A stretch of 62,804 nt of DNA, filler included. It is 5 parts of 5 records of this genome, joined end to end, with 100 filler letters (N's around TTAATTAATTAA, not from the genome) between each part and the next. Parts side by side here need not be neighbours in the genome. Positions count along the whole stretch, not along the records: positions 1 to 10,482 come from SRR2962707_3809; 4 more parts are not named here. One strand, given 5' to 3'. Each line of letters starts with the position of its first letter. The stretch's first letter is position 1. Shown here piece after piece: positions 1-7,958 of the stretch. Position numbers and translations under genes: made by a program. A model generated the notes under the pieces. The model was not told the DNA's origin. It saw nothing but the letters and a program-made list of their open reading frames with translations, and ran no database searches.

Positions 1-54
1 CGGCGACGTGGAGACCTTAAACAGGCTCTAGGACGGCGACAGGCGACCTGAGGG

Positions 55-471
55 TCAGGACGGGATGGGTACCATCAAGGCCTCGCCGACCGCGAACGGC
101 GTTCCCTCGGTGTCGGCCAGATCCCCCAGCTCGGCGTTCACGAACACCTGCCGTCGGCCGGCCTTGAGCACCCGGGCACGTGCCACGAAAGTCTCCGCCA
201 CCGCCGGTCTCAGGCAGCGCACGGAAAATTGTGAAGCGGTGACGTTGCCGACTTGTGACGCGGCGGCGAAGCCGCAGGCGGTATCGATCAGACCGCCAAT
301 CAGAGCGGCATGCAAAAAACCACTGTATTGGGCGAACTCGTCGCGCCATCTCAAGTGCAGCTCCGCCTCACCGGATTCGATTCGGTATACCTCGAGATTG
401 AGCCAGTTATTGAAGGGCGCCAGACGGGAAAGGTCGCGGATGCGTTCCAGTATCTCTGGGGTGTCGCTCAT
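55..471 (-). CDS. PaaI-family (hotdog-fold) thioesterase
   Basis: GFLHAALIGGLIDTACG hotdog motif; ATG at 471 overlaps the stop of the upstream thioesterase (ATGA); the longer ORF from 702 is over-extended. Confidence 0.85.
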   Translation of the reverse strand: MSDTPEILERIRDLSRLAPFNNWLNLEVYRIESGEAELHLRWRDEFAQYSGFLHAALIGGLIDTACGFAAASQVGNVTASQFSVRCLRPAVAETFVARARVLKAGRRQVFVNAELGDLADTEGTPFAVGEALMVPIPS

Positions 472-905
472 GCTGAGCTCTCCGCTGAAGGGCGCGGTGC
501 CAACGCCTTGAAGACGGCGGTGGCGCGGGCGCACAGGGTATCGTCCGCCCATACCTGGGCGGCGGCGAAGTTCAGGGAAGGTCCGGTCCGGGTGGCCTCG
601 GCGCGGATTTCCACCCACTGGCCGAGGCGGGCGCTGCCCAGGAAATCCAGCGTCATACTCACCGTGACGAGGCCGGAAATACCTCCCAGCCGGTCGGCGC
701 AACTGAGCCCCATGGCGTTGTCCGCCAGCGCTGAGATCAGGCCGCCATGAACAAAGCCCCGGCTGTTGGCATGGGGCTGGTCGGCGCGGATGGCGAGGCT
801 GAGCCCGTGATCATGATGGCGGATGAAAATCGGCTCCCAGGGCGCGGTGAGCCCGCTGGCGCGGCGGTGCCGCTGATAACCAGGGGGAACGGCGAGGTCG
901 GACAT
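468..905 (-). CDS. PaaI-family thioesterase
   Basis: HANSRGFVHGGLISALADNAMG motif; GGAG RBS upstream. Confidence 0.88.
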   Translation of the reverse strand: MSDLAVPPGYQRHRRASGLTAPWEPIFIRHHDHGLSLAIRADQPHANSRGFVHGGLISALADNAMGLSCADRLGGISGLVTVSMTLDFLGSARLGQWVEIRAEATRTGPSLNFAAAQVWADDTLCARATAVFKALAPRPSAESSA

Positions 906-929
906 GACAGGTCTCCAATTATTTTTAAT

Positions 930-947
930 TAGACCAGTCTATATAAT
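930..947 (-). promoter_or_regulatory. TetR (LmrA/YxaF-type) operator, copy 1
   Basis: Near-palindrome TAGACCAGTCTA; minus strand reads ATTATATAGACTGGTCTA; upstream of the thioesterase pair. Confidence 0.75.
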
Positions 948-990
948 TTTGAGGCAACGACAAGCCTTGCATGAACATCGAAGGGGGGCA

Positions 991-1569
991 TCAGGGGCGC
1001 AGGGCGTTGATCTGGTCCGCCAGGCTGGCGCAGGCGTCGGCGATGGCCTGGCCGTGGCATTCCACCCGGGCCTGGACCAGGGCGCCTTCCAGAGCGGAGA
1101 GGATCAACGATGCCAGGGGGCGGGCCCGGTCGGCCTGGATACCATCGTCGATCAACAGGGCTTCCCATTCCCGGCGCCAGTTTTGTATGGCTTCGCGGCC
1201 GGCGTCGGTGATCAGGCGGGAAGCCGGGGTGGTTTCCAGCAGGGTGGTGGCCAGCGGACAGCCATCAGCGAAACCGGACTGCGCCATCCAGCCGGCCAGC
1301 AGCTCACCATAGGCACGTAAAGCGTCGGCGCTATTGCCATGCTGACGGCGCAGGTCACGCAATGTATCCAGTACCCGCTCCCCGGCGTGGCGCACGGCGG
1401 CTTCGCCAAGCTGCTCCTTGCCGTTGGGAAAGTAATGGTAAAACGAGCCTTTGGGGGCGCCGGCGGCGGCCAGTATGTCGTTGATGCCGGTGGCGGCGTA
1501 ACCCTGTTTGCGGAACAGGGCCACGGCGCTGTGGATCAGGCGGTCGCGATGTTTGGGGCGGGTAGCCAT
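991..1569 (-). CDS. TetR/AcrR-family regulator (LmrA/YxaF-like C-terminus)
   Basis: HTH GYAATGINDILAAAGAPKGSFYHYFPNGKE; C-terminal GCPLATTLLE and EGAL motifs. Confidence 0.92.
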   Translation of the reverse strand: MATRPKHRDRLIHSAVALFRKQGYAATGINDILAAAGAPKGSFYHYFPNGKEQLGEAAVRHAGERVLDTLRDLRRQHGNSADALRAYGELLAGWMAQSGFADGCPLATTLLETTPASRLITDAGREAIQNWRREWEALLIDDGIQADRARPLASLILSALEGALVQARVECHGQAIADACASLADQINALRP

Positions 1570-1594
1570 GGCGTGAGTCCGTCAACGAATAATC

Positions 1595-1608
1595 TAGACC
1601 AGTCTATA
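1595..1608 (-). promoter_or_regulatory. TetR operator, copy 2 (autoregulatory)
   Basis: The same 14-mer TAGACCAGTCTATA as at 930-943, 25 bp upstream of the tetR start. Confidence 0.75.
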
Positions 1609-1632
1609 CAGTGGGCAAGGCACTGTCATGAT

Positions 1633-1968
1633 TCAGCCCAGGCCGCCCACCGCCAGGCCGCCGGCAACCAGCGGCAGCGCCCAGGCCAGATGGCGTGCCA
1701 GCGCTGGCCGGTAGGGCAACAGAAAGATCAGCGGCAGCCCCACCAGGGTCACCAGAATGGGCACCATGGACAAAGCCAGCCCCAGCGGCCAAAGCATCAG
1801 GCAGGCAGCCGTGGTGGCCAGGAGCAACAGCCAGCCGATGGCCTTGAACAACCGCAGCCGTGCTTCGGTGGGTTTGCGTCCAAGCAGTTCCTGGTGGTGA
1901 CGCTTCATGCCCAGCGCAAGACAGGTGAGACCGGTATAACCGAGAGCGAGAGCCAGCAGGACCGTCAT
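1633..1968 (-). CDS. DUF3325-like small membrane protein of iron-uptake PepSY operons
   Basis: LALGMKRHH motif, hydrophobic; coupled to the PepSY gene. Confidence 0.8.
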   Translation of the reverse strand: MTVLLALALGYTGLTCLALGMKRHHQELLGRKPTEARLRLFKAIGWLLLLATTAACLMLWPLGLALSMVPILVTLVGLPLIFLLPYRPALARHLAWALPLVAGGLAVGGLG

Positions 1969-3572
1969 GTGTTGCCCTCCGCCAGAGCCGGTTGGCGGGC
2001 ACGCGCTGGTTTCCGTTTATCCGGTTTGGGCCGCGCCACCCGCCAAAGCGTGTAGCCCCACAGGGTGCCGAGCAACAGGCAGATCAGATCGAAGCCGGCC
2101 AGAGCGCCCAGGCGCCAGGCGGCGGCACTGAACAGGTGGCTGTCGGTGGTGGCCATATCCACGAACGGCAGGGCCAGCCACAACACCGTGATGACCGCCA
2201 GTTGCTCGATCCAGCCGCGACGATGCGGGCGCAGCAGGCCATGCACCAGACTCACCAGCCAGACCAGGAAAAACACCCGGATCTCCCAGGAGGAGCGCTC
2301 AGCCAGGGCCGTCGGTAGCAGCCGGTTGGCGGCGAAGTAGGCGCCGATGGCAGCCAGAAGGCCGGTGATCGACGCCATGTTGAGACCGTTCACCAGTTTC
2401 AGCGCGGCGCCCGGCTGTTGCCGGCGCAGTTGCTGGGTGCGTTTCGATACCCAGAGCAACATGCCGGTGGCCACCATGGCCGAGCCGGCCAGCCCGGAGA
2501 AGAAGAACAACAGCCGCACCACCGGGTCGGCGAAACGCACCAGGTGAAGGTTGGTCATAACATTGTAGACCTTGCCCATCAGCGGAGCCGGCGCTTGCGA
2601 TGGCTCGATGGTTTCCAGCAGATCGCCGCTGGAGCCCTGGAATACCTGGGTGGGCGAGCCGCCGCGCCGCCGTCCGCTAATGGCCACGTCCTGCTCGACG
2701 CTGATGCGAATCCGCGCGTTTTCGCGGTTGGGGTGCTGCACCTCGATACGGCTCACCGGGCGTTCGAAGCGGGCGGCGGTGGCCTCGGCCAGCGGTCCGA
2801 TAGCAACCATGTCCGCCGGTTCGCCGGCCGGCCCGGGCGCCTCGGTGGAACGCGGAAACGCCTCATCGAAGAAGGCGCGGCGGTCGCCATCGTAGGCGGC
2901 GTCGATACCCCACGGCATCAGCATCACCATGAACAGCAGCAGCCCCGAGTAGGTGATCATGAAGTGAAACGGCAGCGCCAGAACGGCGCTGGCGTTATGG
3001 GCGTCGAGCCAGGATCGCTGTCCCTTGCCCGGGCGGAAGGTGAAGAAATCCTTGAAGATCTTCTTGTGGGTGATCACCCCGCTGATGATCGCCACCAGCA
3101 TGAACATGGTGGCGATACAAATCAGCCAGCGCGCCCATAGACGTGGCACGCCGTAAAGTTCGAAGTGGAAGCGGTAGAGGAAATGGCCGCCGCGGGTTTC
3201 TCGCGGCGTGAGCACTTCGCCGCTGCCGGCGTCCATCCACACCTGCTCGCCACGGTTACGGCCCCCGCCCTGACGCGGCTGCTCCTCTCCGGCGGGCTGC
3301 CATCGCAGTTGTACCGCCGGATTGCGGGCATCCGGCAGGGATATATCCCAGGAACGGGCATCGGCGGCGATCCGCCCCAGCGTTTGCCAGGCCAGATCCA
3401 CGGTGTCGCCGGAGCGGGCGGACTGGTGCAGTTCCGGTTCCATCCACAGGGAAATTTCCTCGCGGTAGTAGGCGCTGGTGCCGGTCACGAACACGGCCAC
3501 CAACAGCCAGCCCAGCAACAGCCCGCTCCAGGTATGCAGCCAGGCCATGGACTGCCGCAGGGACCCGTTCAT
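1965..3572 (-). CDS. PepSY-associated TM-helix protein (FoxB/PiuB-like iron-uptake membrane protein)
   Basis: RQSMAWLHTWSGL, FLYRFHFEL, RSWLDAHN, NLHL His motifs; ATG at 3572. Confidence 0.9.
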   Translation of the reverse strand: MNGSLRQSMAWLHTWSGLLLGWLLVAVFVTGTSAYYREEISLWMEPELHQSARSGDTVDLAWQTLGRIAADARSWDISLPDARNPAVQLRWQPAGEEQPRQGGGRNRGEQVWMDAGSGEVLTPRETRGGHFLYRFHFELYGVPRLWARWLICIATMFMLVAIISGVITHKKIFKDFFTFRPGKGQRSWLDAHNASAVLALPFHFMITYSGLLLFMVMLMPWGIDAAYDGDRRAFFDEAFPRSTEAPGPAGEPADMVAIGPLAEATAARFERPVSRIEVQHPNRENARIRISVEQDVAISGRRRGGSPTQVFQGSSGDLLETIEPSQAPAPLMGKVYNVMTNLHLVRFADPVVRLLFFFSGLAGSAMVATGMLLWVSKRTQQLRRQQPGAALKLVNGLNMASITGLLAAIGAYFAANRLLPTALAERSSWEIRVFFLVWLVSLVHGLLRPHRRGWIEQLAVITVLWLALPFVDMATTDSHLFSAAAWRLGALAGFDLICLLLGTLWGYTLWRVARPKPDKRKPARARQPALAEGNT

Positions 3573-3856
3573 GATGCCGGCCCCAGCAGCCAGACCAGAG
3601 CACCGCACAGCAGGGCGGGGATGGCGATGCCGGCCCAGGCGCGGGCGGTGGTGGCACAGGCGAAGGCCCAGATCACCGCCGCGCTGTAGATGAGAAACGA
3701 CAGCACCGAGGCGGTGATCACCGCATCCACACGGGGCATCGGCAGCCCCAGGCTGAGCGCGGCGGTGGCGGCGGCGCTCAGCGCGTATCCCCCCAGCACC
3801 GCGGCGATGACGCGCGACGCCACCGACAGCCGGGTGGCGTTCTTTAATTGGGACAT
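3569..3856 (-). CDS. DUF3649-like small membrane protein
   Basis: SRVIAAVLGGYA...IWAFAC...RAW pattern; first gene of the PepSY operon. Confidence 0.8.
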   Translation of the reverse strand: MSQLKNATRLSVASRVIAAVLGGYALSAAATAALSLGLPMPRVDAVITASVLSFLIYSAAVIWAFACATTARAWAGIAIPALLCGALVWLLGPAS

Positions 3857-3902
3857 GGTGTTTCTCTAGTCGGATCGGCGGAGATTGGTGCCGTTTTGGC
3901 TA

Positions 3903-3921
3903 GTGAATGATAATTGTTGCT
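3903..3921. promoter_or_regulatory. Putative Fur box (PepSY operon side)
   Basis: GTGAATGATAATTGTTGCT, 12/19 match to GATAATGATAATCATTATC. Confidence 0.5.
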
Positions 3922-4004
3922 ATCGGTAAATCAATATCGAGAATGTGTAAGAAATGTGCAGGGCAGGGCTTGCCCCTGTGAGAATCGGTCCCTAGACTTC
4001 ATTC

Positions 4005-4023
4005 GTTATTGATAATTATTACT
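4005..4023. promoter_or_regulatory. Putative Fur box upstream of the ECF sigma gene
   Basis: GTTATTGATAATTATTACT, 14/19 match to the Fur consensus. Confidence 0.7.
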
Positions 4024-4072
4024 ATCCGTTATTCGATTCTATTTGCTGCCATGTCCGGACGATGACCCGCTG

Positions 4073-4591
4073 ATGATGACGAACGCCATGCAAACCGACA
4101 TCGGTTCGCTGTATCGCGATCACGCCCATTGGTTACAGGGCTGGCTGCGCCGGCGCCTGGGTGGTGACGGCGCTGATGCCGCCGATCTGGTCCAGGATAC
4201 CTATGTCCGGTTGATGGTCTCCGGCCGCTTTCCCGCGCCAGAGCAGTCGCGAGCGTTCCTGGCCCGCATCGCCAATGGCCTGATGATCGATATGCATCGC
4301 CGGCGCCGGCTGGAGCTTGCCTACCGGGAAGCCCTGGCGGCACTGCCGGAAGAAAGCGCGCCTTCCGCCGAGCAGCGTGCCGTGACCCTGGAAACCCTGA
4401 CCCGCGTTGATCAGGCCCTGGACGGTCTGCCATCCAAGGTGCGTGAGGCGTTTCTTTGTTCCCGTTTCGAGGGGCTGACCTATAGCCGCATCGCCGAGCG
4501 GTTGGGCGTCTCCCATGGGTCCGTTCGCAAGTACATGCTGCGTGCCGCCCGGTCCTGTCTGCTGGCGCTGAACGAATTAGAACCGGTATGA
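4073..4591 (+). CDS. FecI-like iron-starvation ECF sigma factor
   Basis: LYRDHAHWLQGWLRRRLG, DAADLVQDTY, region 4 EGLTYSRIAERLGVS; exact start uncertain. Confidence 0.92.
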   Translation: MMTNAMQTDIGSLYRDHAHWLQGWLRRRLGGDGADAADLVQDTYVRLMVSGRFPAPEQSRAFLARIANGLMIDMHRRRRLELAYREALAALPEESAPSAEQRAVTLETLTRVDQALDGLPSKVREAFLCSRFEGLTYSRIAERLGVSHGSVRKYMLRAARSCLLALNELEPV

Positions 4592-5589
4592 GCGACGCTT
4601 TACCTGGTTCCCTGCGCCAGTACGCCGACCGCCATGGCCTGGACGTCGACAGCCTGCAAGCCGCTCTGGACTGGCAGGTGTTGTTCTGGTCCGGGGAGCA
4701 GCAGCCAGCGGACCAGGAGCGCTGGCACCACTGGCTCAACGCCAAAGCGGAACATCGTCACGCCTGGGACGCGGTGGCGCGAATGGCGGGCACCTTGGGG
4801 GCGCTGAGTCCGCGGGTGGCGCGCCATACTCTGAAGCAGCCCTCCTCGGCCGGCCGGCGCCGGGTGCTGGGTACCCTGGCGCTGGCGGGATTGGGCTCAA
4901 TGCTGATGTTCGCCGGGACGGGGGGCGGGCTCTGGCAAAGAGCGATGGCGGATTACCGTTGCGCCCGTGGTGAGCAGCAGCGGTTCCGGCTGGAAGATGG
5001 TTCGTCATTGATACTGAACACCGCCAGCGCCGTGTCGGTGGATTTTGGCCATGGCCGGCGGCGGATCTCCCTGGTGCCGGAAAGTGAAATAGCCCTGGAT
5101 ACGCGTCCCTCCGCCCTGCATGACACCGGCCCGTTGTCGCTGGCTTTGCCGGCGGCATTGCTGAGCTTGCAAAACGCCTGGCTGACCGCGCGTGACCTGG
5201 GGCAGGGGGCCGGCACGGTGGCTGTGCTGGCCGGCGGAGCGCAACTGGTTACCGCCTATCCGCGGCAGGGCGCCATCACTCTGAATGCCGGCCAGCAGGT
5301 TCATTTTGATCCGGGCGGGCTGTCGGTGACGCCGTTGTCCCGGCAGCGGGCGCTGGCCTGGACCCGGGGCGTATTGCAGGCGGACCGTTGGCGGCTGGCG
5401 GATTTTCTCGATGAGCTGAGCCGTTACCGCAACGGCGTGCTTTATTGCGACGATGAAGTGGCGGATCTGATCGTTTCCGGCGCTTACCCGGTCAGGGATA
5501 CCGACTATGTGCTGGAATCCCTGGCCCGGGCGCTGCCGGTGGCGATTCATTACCGCACCCCCTGGCTGGTGCGCGTGGGGGCGGTTTAG
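4588..5589 (+). CDS. FecR-like anti-sigma/signal transducer
   Basis: N-terminal W..WL....H..AW, RRRVL plus TM segment, LEDGSSLILNTAS, AWTRG...ELSRY. Confidence 0.92.
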   Translation: MSDALPGSLRQYADRHGLDVDSLQAALDWQVLFWSGEQQPADQERWHHWLNAKAEHRHAWDAVARMAGTLGALSPRVARHTLKQPSSAGRRRVLGTLALAGLGSMLMFAGTGGGLWQRAMADYRCARGEQQRFRLEDGSSLILNTASAVSVDFGHGRRRISLVPESEIALDTRPSALHDTGPLSLALPAALLSLQNAWLTARDLGQGAGTVAVLAGGAQLVTAYPRQGAITLNAGQQVHFDPGGLSVTPLSRQRALAWTRGVLQADRWRLADFLDELSRYRNGVLYCDDEVADLIVSGAYPVRDTDYVLESLARALPVAIHYRTPWLVRVGAV

Positions 5590-5707
5590 CGTTTCGGCCG
5601 CCCAATGGCGTGCACGAATCGGGATCCGAAAAAAATCCAACTCGGGGTAGCACTTTTCCGGCTCCCGTTCGGGATAACAGGTAATACACCCTGTTAAGGA
5701 TCGGAAC

Positions 5708-7951
5708 ATGACGTGTTTTTCCCGTTTTCGACACCTGCCGCTGACGCTGTCCCTGTGTGGCGTGGTGGCCGGGGCGGCCATGGTTGGTGCGCCCGCGATG
5801 GCCAAGGAAAGCGCCGGTAGCCGCCTCTACCAGGTGGCTTCCGGGCCGTTGGACGGCGCCCTGGCTGAATTCGCCGGTGCCGCCGGCCTGACCCTGGTGA
5901 TCGATGGCCGTCTTACCGAGGGCAAGCATAGCGCCGGATTGAGCGGTCAGTACTCGCCACTGGAAGGGTTGAGGGTGCTGCTGGCCGGTTCCGGGCTGGA
6001 GGCGGTGGCTCAGGGGAATGGCAGCTATCGTCTGCGGGCGCGTCCGCCGCGGTCCGGCTCTCCTCATACGCTGGAAAAAGTCACCGTCACGTCCGCCTCC
6101 GCGTCCGGGCAGGCGGTGGATGTGACCAACGCCCCGGCCAGTATTTCGGTGATTACCCGCGAGGAACTGGAAGGCAAGGCGTATCGCGACATTACCGAGG
6201 CGCTGCAGGCGGTACCCGGCGTGTACGTGGATGACGGCCCGTCCGGCAAGGGCGGCACGGAAGAAATTTCCATTCGCGGCATGGATTCCAAGTACACCCT
6301 GATCCTGGTGGACGGCAAACCACAGGGGTCGGGACAGGGCTATTACAATGGTTTCGGCGCCGGTGCCGAGTACGGCTGGCTGCCGCCGGTTTCCGCCATC
6401 GAACGTATCGAAGTGATTCGCGGGCCCATGTCCTCACTGTACGGCTCCGACGCCTTGGGGGGCGTCATCAACGTCATCACCAGAAAAACACCGGACCAGT
6501 GGAGCGGTTCGGTAACGCTGGATCGGGTCATGCAGGAAAGCCACGATGCCGGTGATTACCATCAGAACCGCTACTATCTGAGTGGGCCGCTGGTTCAGGA
6601 TCGGTTGTCGTTCACTGTGTTCGGCTCCCGCTATGTGCGGGACGAAGACGATATTCCCAGCGGATATCGCGACCTGGATCGTGACAACACCACGGTGCGG
6701 CTGGGCTGGACTCCGAGTGAGCGCCAGTCCCTGCAACTGGAGGCCGGGTATGCCACCCAGGATATTGTCGGTACGGCGGCGCGCACCGGCAGCGACAGCG
6801 AATTGAACACGGTGCGGCGCCATCAGGCGCTGTCCCACGATTTCGCCTGGGGCAACGATTTCACCACCAAGAGCTATGTGCAGCATGAGGAGATGCTGAA
6901 CCGTACTCAGAGCGCGCTGTACGAACGCACCACCGCCAATACCTCCACGGTATTGCCGTTTGATCGCCATGTAATGACGGTGGGCGCCCAGTACCGTTTA
7001 CAGAAAACCGAGAACCCGGCCCGCGCCATCAATAAAGCGAATCTGGAACGTTGGGATGCGGCGTTGTTCGCCGAGGACCAGTGGTTCATCAATGATCCGC
7101 TGTCACTCACCGGCGGCCTGCGTTGGGTCAAGGACGAGAACTACGGCAGCGAAGTGGTGCCACGGGCCTACGCTGTCCATGCGCTGTCGCCGGCCTTCAC
7201 CGTGAAAGGCGGCGTCAGCGCCGGCTATCGCACGCCGGATCTTAAGCAGGGCGATTCCAACTGGGTGGAGGGCGGCGGCGGTCCTTCCACCGATGGTGGC
7301 GACATCGGCAATTCCGATCTGAAACCGGAAAAGAGTGTCACCTATGAGCTGGCGGGGTTGTGGCAGGGCCGCAACGGCATCGAAACCAGCGTCACCGTGT
7401 TTCACACCGACTACAAGGACAAAATCGAGAAGCCGCTGATCTGTGATCGCGTCAGTGGGACGGATACCGACTGCCTCTATCAAGGCTACGATTACGAAAA
7501 ACTCTATCAGTACACCAACGTGGACGAGGCCCGGGTGCGAGGTGTGGAAGTGACGTTCGGTTTCCCGTTGCGCCATGACATGCGCGTGCACACCAACTAT
7601 ACCTTCACCGACAGCGAGCAGCTTTCCGGCGACAACAAAGGCAACCCGCTCAACGATCAGCCCCGTCATCGCGCCAATATCGCTTTCGACTGGCAAGCCA
7701 CCGACAAAGCCCGGATCTGGTCCAAGGCCCGGTTCAAGGGCCGTGCCGAACAAGTGGCCGGACGCGGCGGCCTGACCGAGCGTTACCCGAGCTATACGCT
7801 GGTGGATACGGGTATGCAGTATCAGCTTTCCGGGTTGGTGAGCGTGTACGGCGGCGTCTATAACTTGCTCGACAAGGAAGTGGACAGCGATACCTATGGC
7901 CGGGTGCTGGATGGCCGGCGTTATAACGCCGGCATCACCGTGCGGTTCTGA
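5708..7951 (+). CDS. TonB-dependent transducer (STN signalling domain plus CirA/IrgA-like plug and barrel)
   Basis: Signal peptide, STN region (GPLDGALAEFA...LLAGSGL), APASISVITREEL, IERIEVIRGPMSSLYGSDALGGVINVIT, C-terminal F. Confidence 0.93.
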   Translation: MTCFSRFRHLPLTLSLCGVVAGAAMVGAPAMAKESAGSRLYQVASGPLDGALAEFAGAAGLTLVIDGRLTEGKHSAGLSGQYSPLEGLRVLLAGSGLEAVAQGNGSYRLRARPPRSGSPHTLEKVTVTSASASGQAVDVTNAPASISVITREELEGKAYRDITEALQAVPGVYVDDGPSGKGGTEEISIRGMDSKYTLILVDGKPQGSGQGYYNGFGAGAEYGWLPPVSAIERIEVIRGPMSSLYGSDALGGVINVITRKTPDQWSGSVTLDRVMQESHDAGDYHQNRYYLSGPLVQDRLSFTVFGSRYVRDEDDIPSGYRDLDRDNTTVRLGWTPSERQSLQLEAGYATQDIVGTAARTGSDSELNTVRRHQALSHDFAWGNDFTTKSYVQHEEMLNRTQSALYERTTANTSTVLPFDRHVMTVGAQYRLQKTENPARAINKANLERWDAALFAEDQWFINDPLSLTGGLRWVKDENYGSEVVPRAYAVHALSPAFTVKGGVSAGYRTPDLKQGDSNWVEGGGGPSTDGGDIGNSDLKPEKSVTYELAGLWQGRNGIETSVTVFHTDYKDKIEKPLICDRVSGTDTDCLYQGYDYEKLYQYTNVDEARVRGVEVTFGFPLRHDMRVHTNYTFTDSEQLSGDNKGNPLNDQPRHRANIAFDWQATDKARIWSKARFKGRAEQVAGRGGLTERYPSYTLVDTGMQYQLSGLVSVYGGVYNLLDKEVDSDTYGRVLDGRRYNAGITVRF

Positions 7952-7958
7952 CGCTCGT

